From positions 288,001-352,000 of the forward strand of contig CAWHBU010000005.1 of assembly GCA_963827685.1 (NCBI GenBank): a stretch of DNA of 64,000 bases. The letters are read 5' to 3'. Below, in pieces: positions 27,949 through 36,356 of the stretch. A model generated the notes under the pieces. That model did no database searches. It saw only the letters and a list, made by a program, of their open reading frames with translations, and was not told where the DNA came from. Position numbers and translations under genes: made by a program. Every line of letters begins with the position of its first letter. Within the stretch, counting starts at the first letter, position 1. Source of the stretch: an uncultured delta proteobacterium. GTDB lineage: Bacteria > Desulfobacterota > BSN033 > UBA1163.

Positions 27949-29346
27949 CTAAACACTTTGTTTCCTTCTTTCGCCGTGTACATAATCTGGAATTCTACCG
28001 GTTCTTATGGCATCTTCGAGCCACATTGCCTTCTGTAACAATAGTTTGTTACCAGTCTTTTTAAAGATTTCTATAGATTGACTTACAAGTGCTAAGGCCT
28101 CATCTTTCTCTCCGAAGAATCTTATTTGGTTCGCAAGGTTATGAAGTACGTTTGCTACACCTTCTTCATCAGCAATTTGAGCGTAAATGTTCTTGGCCAG
28201 AAGAAGGCTTCTCTTGCAAAGGTCTCTTTCATACTCATATCTGTCAGAAACCTTCATCTGGCAATATGCCAGGGCACGCTGACCCGCTGCATTGCCGATT
28301 AAGAGTAGTACGCCTGCCAACATCTGAAGGTCATTACTTTTAGCTGTTAAATTAAGAGCTGCGTCAAAGGCAGAATTATACTCCTCTTGGGTACGTCTTA
28401 AACGACCAAGAGTGCTTTGCCGTTGTGCCTCAGTCACAAAAGGCAAACCACATAGATTGGATGCCATGATGGAGAAGAACATTCTCATATCTTCATTAAT
28501 ATAAGCAAAAGACAAAAAGGATGCTTTTTGAGCAAGGAAGAAAGCTTTAAAACGTTGACTCCCAATCGATTCAGTTAGGGCGATGCCTGATTTACAAAGC
28601 TCTATCATATCTGTAGGGGAGTCCTCTAAAGGATCAAACAGATCCAAGAGTCCGATCAACGCATTAAGTTGAGCCACGGTATCCTTACTTGCATAGTAAA
28701 TAGTCTTAAGCTCTTTCTTTGCATTGCCGGTGGCAAAGACCTGCCGTAATTCAATTACGCGCTTATTATCGTCACTATCACCAGCCTTTGATTCCATAAA
28801 AGGTGCAGCAAGTAGATGTTTCTGAATCGGACCCTCCTTCTTTTGCGTTTGTTTTAAATAACTCAAGATTTCGTCTAGTTTCTTATCTATACGCGTAACG
28901 TGTAGCTGTGGAAATGCTTCATATAAATGGGGATTTTTGTAAAGTTCATTGGCAAGAAATGTAGATTCCAGGTGATTTGCGGCAAACCCAAGGTCAGATC
29001 CAATCTTGCACATTTGGGCAACTACGTTGCTACTCAACTTTCTGGGAGTGATAAACGTCCACCGTTCCACTTCGTACTTGTCGGCATCTCGGAGTTTTGC
29101 TGCTTTTTGCATATCGCTCGTTATTTTCTCCAAGTAGTCCTTATCCGTCTTTTTCTCGGGCTTAATGGGGCAGTAAATGGCGAATATCGTTTTTTCTGAC
29201 CGCAAATATCCGTCATTTCCCTCATCACTCCGAGTTCCGTCAATTATTTGAAAATCCTCACCATAGATACAAGTAAGAATCAAATTAGACAATCGTGTGA
29301 ATTCTTGTGGATTGGTTATCAGGGCGATTTGGTCTTCCAGATACAT
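27949..29346 (-). CDS. Putative PD-(D/E)XK nuclease fused to a helical/TPR-like domain (cassette gene)
   Basis: FTRL...DEGNDGY...AIYCP..PE N-domain; C-terminal VANVLHNLA...ALALVSQSIEIF; low GC. Confidence 0.65.
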   Translation of the reverse strand: MYLEDQIALITNPQEFTRLSNLILTCIYGEDFQIIDGTRSDEGNDGYLRSEKTIFAIYCPIKPEKKTDKDYLEKITSDMQKAAKLRDADKYEVERWTFITPRKLSSNVVAQMCKIGSDLGFAANHLESTFLANELYKNPHLYEAFPQLHVTRIDKKLDEILSYLKQTQKKEGPIQKHLLAAPFMESKAGDSDDNKRVIELRQVFATGNAKKELKTIYYASKDTVAQLNALIGLLDLFDPLEDSPTDMIELCKSGIALTESIGSQRFKAFFLAQKASFLSFAYINEDMRMFFSIMASNLCGLPFVTEAQRQSTLGRLRRTQEEYNSAFDAALNLTAKSNDLQMLAGVLLLIGNAAGQRALAYCQMKVSDRYEYERDLCKRSLLLAKNIYAQIADEEGVANVLHNLANQIRFFGEKDEALALVSQSIEIFKKTGNKLLLQKAMWLEDAIRTGRIPDYVHGERRKQSV

Positions 29347-29360
29347 GTTAAATATTTTAT

Positions 29361-29367
29361 GGCTAAC
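29361..29367 (-). other. GTTRRRY core site (GTTAGCC) heading the cassette array; possible attI/attG junction
   Basis: 14 nt upstream of the first cassette ATG; no attC palindrome upstream of it. Confidence 0.5.
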
Positions 29368-29628
29368 AATTAATAGACCAAGTTCCAATTTGTTTCTAAT
29401 TGGCCCTTCTACCTGTACTTTTTACCACCTTTTTATTTTGGCGTCTATAGAATTCTTGATTCTATTTCGTTTTTTCCATTACAATAGCATAAAATTTAAA
29501 GCAACTTCTTTTGACAATTTTTATTGGGTGCCAGGAGTTTTCTTTCCGACAAATTGTTTCCCCTCACCCCATCCCTCTCCCCTGGGGGGAGAGGGGAAGG
29601 TGACAGAGGAGGGGTGAGGGGATGGAGG

Positions 29629-30777
29629 ATGAGATTGCTTCGCCTTCGGCTCGCAATGACCGCCTGCTTCGTAATTCTGCTGACCCTTGTTTCATTCACT
29701 CCTGCGCTTCTGAGCCAAGACTTCAAGCGGGCTCTTCCGGGAAGAACCTTTTCTTTTCCCCAGGACCATTTCTCTCATCGTGAATTCAAAACCGAATGGT
29801 GGTACTATTCCGGCCATCTCCAATCCCTTGGCGACGATGGAAAATCCTTTGGCTATCAGCTCACCTTTTTCAGAACGGGTTTAACAAGAGAGACAAAACA
29901 TCAAAAGTCAAAATGGTCCATTCAAGACCTTTATTTCGCGCATCTTGCCATCACGGATGAATCGAAAAAGAAGTTTGAATATCGTGAAAAGATCAGCCGT
30001 GGAAGCTTGGGAGAGGCAGGGGCTTCCCCTTACAAGACAGGTGAAAAGACCTTTCGAATCTGGATTGAGGACTGGTCCGTTGAAGGAAAGGGTCCTGGAA
30101 TGCAAAATCACCTTCTCAAAGCTGGAGATAAAGTTTTTGGGATTGAACTGATGCTTACGCCGGAAAAAAATCCAGTCATCCACGGGCAAAATGGGATCAG
30201 CCAGAAAGCCGAAGGAGAGGGATATGCCTCGCATTATTATTCCATCCCCCGCTTAAGAACGGAAGGGAGAATCTTTTTACAAAACAAAGAAATTTCTGTT
30301 CAAGGAATCGGCTGGATGGACCATGAATTTGGCTCCTCTCAACTCCGAGAATACCAGGTTGGATGGGATTGGTTCAGCATTCAATTGGATAAGGGGATAG
30401 AGTTGATGCTTTATCAGATCCGACAAAGCGATGGGAAAATAGATCCCTATTCCAGCGGGAGCATCATCTTTCCTGACGGAACATACCAGCATTTATTTGG
30501 GAAGGAATTCCAGATTGAAGTCCTGGATCACTGGAAAAGCTCAAAGAGCGGGGCCGCCTATCCCTCCAAATGGAGGGTGAAGGTCCCCGGTCGTCAGATT
30601 GATCTGATCATCTCCCCAACCGTTAAAGATCAAGAATTGATTACCAAGGAATCCACCCGGGTGATCTATTGGGAGGGAAGCGTTAAGGTGGATGGGAAGT
30701 ATCAGGGCGGTCCTATCAAGGGGATGGGTTATGTGGAATTAACCGGATATGCCGAGCCTCTTTCCGGAAAAATCTGA
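29629..30777 (+). CDS. Lipocalin-like / AttH-CrtC family secreted protein
   Basis: FPQDH, EWWYYSG, GYQLTFFR, SHYYS, WMDHEF, GWDWF, YWEG and GYVELTGY motifs; start uncertain. Confidence 0.88.
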   Translation: MRLLRLRLAMTACFVILLTLVSFTPALLSQDFKRALPGRTFSFPQDHFSHREFKTEWWYYSGHLQSLGDDGKSFGYQLTFFRTGLTRETKHQKSKWSIQDLYFAHLAITDESKKKFEYREKISRGSLGEAGASPYKTGEKTFRIWIEDWSVEGKGPGMQNHLLKAGDKVFGIELMLTPEKNPVIHGQNGISQKAEGEGYASHYYSIPRLRTEGRIFLQNKEISVQGIGWMDHEFGSSQLREYQVGWDWFSIQLDKGIELMLYQIRQSDGKIDPYSSGSIIFPDGTYQHLFGKEFQIEVLDHWKSSKSGAAYPSKWRVKVPGRQIDLIISPTVKDQELITKESTRVIYWEGSVKVDGKYQGGPIKGMGYVELTGYAEPLSGKI

Positions 30778-30941
30778 CCCAATCGCAGGTCATTGACCCT
30801 CTCGGGGACTTTGTCCTAAAGATTTCGAAATAAAGATCCACTTCTTCATTATTATCATCTCCTTTCATCGGACTTGAAAATAGCGCATATTAGGTCCTTA
30901 GGACATATTACTCTACCACTCGCTGAGTATCGAAAAAGGAG

Positions 30942-31469
30942 TCAGCTACCGCTGTCAGGTCTATCAGTCCCCAATGAGCGGACAGCTCTGACGAATCCTT
31001 TGGCGCGCTTCTTTGGAGTAGGGTATACCCTCGAGACCTCTTTCCCTTGAGAGGGACTATAGTTGAACGGGAGCAAGACAGTGGGGTCGGATGACCAATA
31101 GAGATCAAAATAGGCATAGACATCGCGTGAATGTCTGCGCATCATCAATTCGACAACCACTGCGGTGTCTCGTTCGTCAGGGTTGGGCAGACGCCAATCC
31201 GTATAGCCACCCACTCGTAGCGTCATACAGTACTTTTGCGCTTCCTCGAATGTGACCTCCTTTCCATTATCGCCTTTCTGCCACATTATTTTCCGCCTTG
31301 TGTCCGTAACCGTGCCATCTCCGTTGTCCACAAACCTTTTCTCTGCGACAAGAACGGGCGCCTTGCGCGGGGGGGGAAGGTGTTCGGCTGACTCAGCCGT
31401 GTGCGACCGGCTAAGAAGTAGTAGTACAGAGGCTATGAACATAAGCGAGAATCGCAACACATTTTGCAT
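30942..31469 (-). CDS. DUF1566 (Lcl C-terminal) domain protein
   Basis: RFVDNGDGTVTD...MWQ, DWRLP, YWSS and VRAVR motifs. Confidence 0.85.
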   Translation of the reverse strand: MQNVLRFSLMFIASVLLLLSRSHTAESAEHLPPPRKAPVLVAEKRFVDNGDGTVTDTRRKIMWQKGDNGKEVTFEEAQKYCMTLRVGGYTDWRLPNPDERDTAVVVELMMRRHSRDVYAYFDLYWSSDPTVLLPFNYSPSQGKEVSRVYPTPKKRAKGFVRAVRSLGTDRPDSGS

Positions 31470-31550
31470 CTTAGTGCCCCCTTCTTGGCTGCAGGAAACC
31501 CTCCCGGGCCACCAGCCCGACCTCACCGCCCCCACAAATAACTGTGCAGC

Positions 31551-32441
31551 CTAACCGCTGTGAGATCCCCGTGAGCCTTCGGGAAGAAGCTTGGCGATAC
31601 CCCAGGCTACCGCGTAGACCACGCCGAGGAGGACAACATCCGTCGGGCCGACGGGCAAATCCCATTGATATGCAATCCAGAAACCGAGGAAAGCAACCGC
31701 GCCACCGACCAGTGAGGCCAGTGCCGTGAACTGGCGCATATTGTGCGCAAACAAGTGTGCCGTCAGTGCGGGGATCAGCAAAAATCCAAACGCGATCAGC
31801 GGACCGACGCTGAGCACCGCCATCGAGACGGTCAGGCCGATCATCAGATAGAGCAGCACATCCCAGAAAACAACATTCTTGCCAAGTATAATGGCCATCT
31901 CCCGGTCAAACGAGACCAGGAGCAACTCCTTGTAAAACAGTCCCAGCGAGACGAGGACGAGCGCAAGCGTTCCTGCCGTCAACGCAAGATCGAAATTGGA
32001 GATGGTGATAACCTCTCCTTTCAGCATATCGAGCCAGCCGATCTCGCCGTATGGATTTTTTGCCAGCAACAATATGCCCAATGCGGCAGCCACGACATAC
32101 GCAGTGCCGAGTCGACCTTCAGGCTGGCCGTGCCCGCGCCGCTCCAGAAACGCCAGCACCAGGATTGCGGTCAGCGAAAATGTGATCGAGCCGACAAAGG
32201 CGAGGGCATGCGCACTGTGTGAGCCGTGGTCGGTCAGACGAAATCCCAGCCACAAGGGAAGCGAGAGCGCGACAGCGACGCCTGTCGAGGAGATCTGCGG
32301 TAGTGCTACGCCCATAAACACCAGCCGGCGCATCACGAGAAACACACCGACGAGCGGGCAAGCGAAGCCGACGAGCACGCTGGTATAAACCGAGTTACGC
32401 AGGAGAAAATCGGGAGAGAGAATCTGACGTAACGCTTCCAT
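31551..32441 (-). CDS. znuB: Zn/Mn ABC transporter permease
   Basis: GVFLVMRR, SFDRE, LLIPA and DLPVGP motifs. Confidence 0.85.
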   Translation of the reverse strand: MEALRQILSPDFLLRNSVYTSVLVGFACPLVGVFLVMRRLVFMGVALPQISSTGVAVALSLPLWLGFRLTDHGSHSAHALAFVGSITFSLTAILVLAFLERRGHGQPEGRLGTAYVVAAALGILLLAKNPYGEIGWLDMLKGEVITISNFDLALTAGTLALVLVSLGLFYKELLLVSFDREMAIILGKNVVFWDVLLYLMIGLTVSMAVLSVGPLIAFGFLLIPALTAHLFAHNMRQFTALASLVGGAVAFLGFWIAYQWDLPVGPTDVVLLGVVYAVAWGIAKLLPEGSRGSHSG

Positions 32442-32442
32442 A

Positions 32443-33159
32443 TTAGCCGACCCCTATTTCAAAAATCTCTGCCATCCGTTCCGGCGTAAGCAGTTCGTCC
32501 GTGGTGCCGTGGAACACCTCACCCTCGTGAAGCCAGATGACTTGCTGGGCATGCTCGCGCACTAACGCAAAGTCGTGCGTAACGAGCAAGACCGTGATCT
32601 CCCTTTCCTTGATGATCTGTGAAATGAAATCCAGTACCGCATGAGTCGCTTTGGGATCAACGCCCGCGGTCGGTTCGTCGAGCACAAGGACGTCAGGCCG
32701 CGTCGTCAGGGCGCGGGCGATGAGCACGCGTTGCTTCTGGCCTCCAGAGAGTTCAGCAAACCGTTTGTGGGCAAACTCCTCAGCACCCGCCGCGCGAAGG
32801 CATTCACGCATCAAGGAACGTTCGAGTGAGGGAACAAAACGCCCTGGCCGGACGCGTCCATACACGCCCATCAGAGCAACCTCGAACCCCGTCAGTAGAT
32901 AAATCGGATCGAACTGAATGGTTTGGGGGACGTAACCGAACACAAGCGGTGCGCCTGTCGATGGGGCGGTGACGATGCGGCCTGCGATTGGCGCAAGCAG
33001 TCCAATGAGCGTCTTGAGCAGAGTCGATTTACCCGAACCGTTCGCACCGAGAATGGCAGTGAAGCTGTCGCGGGCAATCGAGAGCGAAATCCCGGACAGC
33101 ACAGGCTGGCCGTTGTAGCCGATGCTCAGGTTGTCCAGTGTGATGAGCGCTTCATTCAT
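32443..33159 (-). CDS. znuC: Zn/Mn ABC transporter ATP-binding protein
   Basis: GANGSGKST, GYVPQ, LSGGQKQR and LDEPTAGVD motifs. Confidence 0.88.
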   Translation of the reverse strand: MNEALITLDNLSIGYNGQPVLSGISLSIARDSFTAILGANGSGKSTLLKTLIGLLAPIAGRIVTAPSTGAPLVFGYVPQTIQFDPIYLLTGFEVALMGVYGRVRPGRFVPSLERSLMRECLRAAGAEEFAHKRFAELSGGQKQRVLIARALTTRPDVLVLDEPTAGVDPKATHAVLDFISQIIKEREITVLLVTHDFALVREHAQQVIWLHEGEVFHGTTDELLTPERMAEIFEIGVG

Positions 33160-33230
33160 ATGTCTGTTATTGAGAATCTCATAATGGGGCCCGCCCGGAC
33201 GACGCACGGGCGGACCCGCTGTTTGCGTGT

Positions 33231-34163
33231 TTATTTCCTACTTTGTACGGCTGTAACCATAGTATGGATGATATAGTCCATCATTTCAATGTAAGTTCCT
33301 GTATGAGGGACGCCGCCCGGCATGATGGGCAGCGTTATCATCGTTGCGCCGGTCTGTTCGGCGATGCGTTTCGGCACCTTTTCGGGAAACTGCGGCTCGC
33401 GCACGACGATAGGAGCATGCTCGGTCTTCATCGCGGCGATCAATTCCTCAATGTGACGTGGCGTCGGATCGATGCCCGGCCTCAGTTCAATCGTGCCGAA
33501 GTAGTCCATGCCGAAGCGCTCCGCGAAGTATGGCCAATGTTCGTGATAGGACACGAACTTAACTCTCTTGAGCGGTTTGACTTCCTTCTCCCACTCGGCA
33601 ATCTTGGCGTCGAGCTTGGCAAGATAAGCATCGCGGTTGCGCGTGAATTCCGCTTGATCCTGCGGGGCGAACGCTACCAGCGCGTTGTAGATGTTCTCGA
33701 TTGCGGTCTTCGCTAACACCGGATCGAGCATGTAGTGCGGGTTGCCGTAGGGATGAACGTCGCCCGCGGAGTGATCGGTTGACTTGGGTACATCGCGAGG
33801 GATGATGCCCTTCGAACAGTCCACATAGCCGGACCTGTCTCTCTGGATACGCGGATTCTTGCTCGCTTCGATCAACGCAGGCAGGAAGGCGTGCTCGCAT
33901 TCAAACCCCACCAAGATCAAGAGGTCCGCCCGATTCATCATCGGCACGAAGCTCGGTTTCATCGGAACCCCGTGCGTGTCTTCCACGCCTGTGGCCAAGC
34001 TGTGAACCTCGACTTGGTCCCCGCCGATGGCGCGGGTAAGGTCCGCCAAGTCAGTAAGCGTTGTGACGATGCGGATTTTGGCCGCGTGAGCGGGCATCGC
34101 GCTCCCACATAACACCCCAGCAAGGGTGATGACAAACAACAAGCTGAATAGTTTCGACTTCAT
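33231..34163 (-). CDS. znuA: Zn/Mn ABC transporter substrate-binding protein
   Basis: DTH, GDVHPYGNPHY and YHEHWPYF motifs; signal peptide. Confidence 0.88.
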   Translation of the reverse strand: MKSKLFSLLFVITLAGVLCGSAMPAHAAKIRIVTTLTDLADLTRAIGGDQVEVHSLATGVEDTHGVPMKPSFVPMMNRADLLILVGFECEHAFLPALIEASKNPRIQRDRSGYVDCSKGIIPRDVPKSTDHSAGDVHPYGNPHYMLDPVLAKTAIENIYNALVAFAPQDQAEFTRNRDAYLAKLDAKIAEWEKEVKPLKRVKFVSYHEHWPYFAERFGMDYFGTIELRPGIDPTPRHIEELIAAMKTEHAPIVVREPQFPEKVPKRIAEQTGATMITLPIMPGGVPHTGTYIEMMDYIIHTMVTAVQSRK

Positions 34164-34185
34164 ATTCGATTCCTCCTCTCCAGAG

Positions 34186-35607
34186 TTAGCGTTCCTGCCA
34201 CCCATGCGCGTGTGACCCGATGATCCACGCCCATTGCAGGTAAATGGCATCATCGTCGCGCAGGCCGGACAGTGCATTGTGGGTGGTGTGGGTGTATTGA
34301 AGGCGCAGCTGATTCCAGTGGCTGATGGCCCAAGTGATCCACGCAGAGTACGCGCTGGTTTTGTCAGCATTGTTCTGCGGGTTCTCCATCCAGTCAAACA
34401 GACACCCGACTATCCACTGCCGATGGAGTTTGTAGGCGAGATAGGAGTAAAGACCAAAGGAGCCAACGTCTCGGTTGAACGCAGGGCCGCCCCCAGCAGG
34501 ATTATCGAGATAACGGTTGTCGCTGTAAAGGAGTTCTGTGCCCCAGGTGAGACTCCGGAACTGATTGTTACGCAGCGGCTGGTAGCGCAGCATCACGTCT
34601 GCTCCCACCACGATGCGCCTGCGTTCGGTGAGCGTGCTGCCATCGGGTTGAACGAACACGCCGCCACGGTCGATTTCCTTCTGGTTGTACAGGCCTGAAA
34701 CGCCGGTTTCGAGTGAGACATCGGGTGTCAGGTCAAAATACGTGGACGCGCGGCCCCAAGAGTTCAACTCGCTGAAGTGACGGAAGTTGCCGACATTGTT
34801 TGGTGTATCGCCAAACTGATCTCCCACCCCCACTGTCAGGCTCACGTAATGCGGGATCGGCAGCAGGAAGTTGAGCTGTAACCCGTCTGTCTTCGATTCA
34901 CCGCCGATGTAATTGTCGAGTACCAGCGGACGATTCACAAAGGGCAGTTCATGATCGTGGATGTACGACAACCGGCCGAATTCACCGAAGAACCGTCCGC
35001 CCTTAAGCGTCAGGTTCCACGGCAGTGAGGTCGTTTGGATCGCAGCCTCTTCCACCGTCGCTTTGGCTTCGCCAGTAACCGGGTCGGCAGAGGCGTTGAT
35101 CACAGCATAACCACGCGCAAACGGATCGACCGATCCGGCCAAGTTCAGTTCCACCGACCGTTGGTTGAAGTCGAACCCGCCAGGCCGGTCGCTGCCCGTC
35201 TGATTGGATCCCTTACTGCGATAGGAGAGGATTGACTCACCCACGAGCCCGATGGCGGGATTGAACACGCTGAGGATGTTCTTCTTCTGCGTCTCGACCA
35301 CCTGACCCACTTCCTCCTTCAACTGCTGTACCTGCTCCTGTACCTGCTCAAGGGTTGACTTTTTCTCGGATACCTGTCCTACAGGAGGTGGAGCCTCCTT
35401 GGGTTGCACTGCTACCTGTTGTTCCGGAGGCTTTATTTGTTTCATCTCAGCCTTTAAATCTTCAATCAGCTTTTGTTGCTCCTTAATGGTTTGCTCCTGT
35501 TTTTTAAGTGCCTCTTCCAATATCTTGATGCGCTCCTCCAAGGTCTGGGCAAACCCGCTGGAATAAAAGACAAAGAACATAACGATGGAAATAAGAATCG
35601 TTTTCAT
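34186..35607 (-). CDS. Outer-membrane beta-barrel associated with Zn uptake, with an N-terminal coiled coil
   Basis: NPAIG, VDPF, FGRL..IHDH and C-terminal IGSHAH motifs. Confidence 0.75.
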   Translation of the reverse strand: MKTILISIVMFFVFYSSGFAQTLEERIKILEEALKKQEQTIKEQQKLIEDLKAEMKQIKPPEQQVAVQPKEAPPPVGQVSEKKSTLEQVQEQVQQLKEEVGQVVETQKKNILSVFNPAIGLVGESILSYRSKGSNQTGSDRPGGFDFNQRSVELNLAGSVDPFARGYAVINASADPVTGEAKATVEEAAIQTTSLPWNLTLKGGRFFGEFGRLSYIHDHELPFVNRPLVLDNYIGGESKTDGLQLNFLLPIPHYVSLTVGVGDQFGDTPNNVGNFRHFSELNSWGRASTYFDLTPDVSLETGVSGLYNQKEIDRGGVFVQPDGSTLTERRRIVVGADVMLRYQPLRNNQFRSLTWGTELLYSDNRYLDNPAGGGPAFNRDVGSFGLYSYLAYKLHRQWIVGCLFDWMENPQNNADKTSAYSAWITWAISHWNQLRLQYTHTTHNALSGLRDDDAIYLQWAWIIGSHAHGWQER

Positions 35608-35748
35608 TTTGATTCCTCCATGCATTCGCTGCCTCGATTTAAGAGAGGACTATTTCCCATGTCATGCATCCATCAACAAGACAAAAAGAGAGAGGATGAC
35701 ATCACATGGTCCTGTACAAGGTGAAGAATTAAATTCTGGTCTTGTCCT

Positions 35749-36012
35749 TTATGCAGGAGGGGATCGATTTGAATAGGGGTGGTAATGTACGTATGAGATG
35801 TTGACCGTATTTTCTATGGAGATGAACAAAACATTGGAAGATAGTAACGAAATTTGAGGGTTATCCTGAAACATCAAAACTGAGTGGTGTGAGACATGAC
35901 AACAGAGAAGGCAGTCATCATGAGGAACTCCATCCGCATGGTGGTGAAATGCAAGTCCAAGAATAGAGAGAGAAAAGCAAATGAGCAAGAGATAAACAAG
36001 TCTTCTATTCAT
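35749..36012 (-). CDS. His/Cys-rich small protein (DUF2946-like) heading the Zn operon
   Basis: HHH..HDDCLLC and C-terminal RSPP. Confidence 0.7.
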   Translation of the reverse strand: MNRRLVYLLLICFSLSILGLAFHHHADGVPHDDCLLCCHVSHHSVLMFQDNPQISLLSSNVLFISIENTVNISYVHYHPYSNRSPPA

Positions 36013-36356
36013 TAGCCTAATAATCTACCAATATGTAGAGAAAAGTAAATGGGGTATACACTGTATTTTTTGACAAAAGATACTGTATTTTTAAGCGGGA
36101 ACATAACACAGATTACGAAATATGCAAGACCATCTATAAACCGAACCTGTTTCGGATATAAATCTTATTGATTTTAGGTTAAATTTTAAACCTTTGAATG
36201 AAGACTTGTCACCATCGCTTTCCATTTTTCTGTTGCTTTCCATTTTCTTCTCAAATTTCTGGCAGGCCTTTTGAACTCATTGGGGATAAACAGCCTCTTT
36301 TTTCTTGAAAACGTCTTTCCTCCAGGATATGATTCCCGAAAAGAGGGGGGTGAAAA

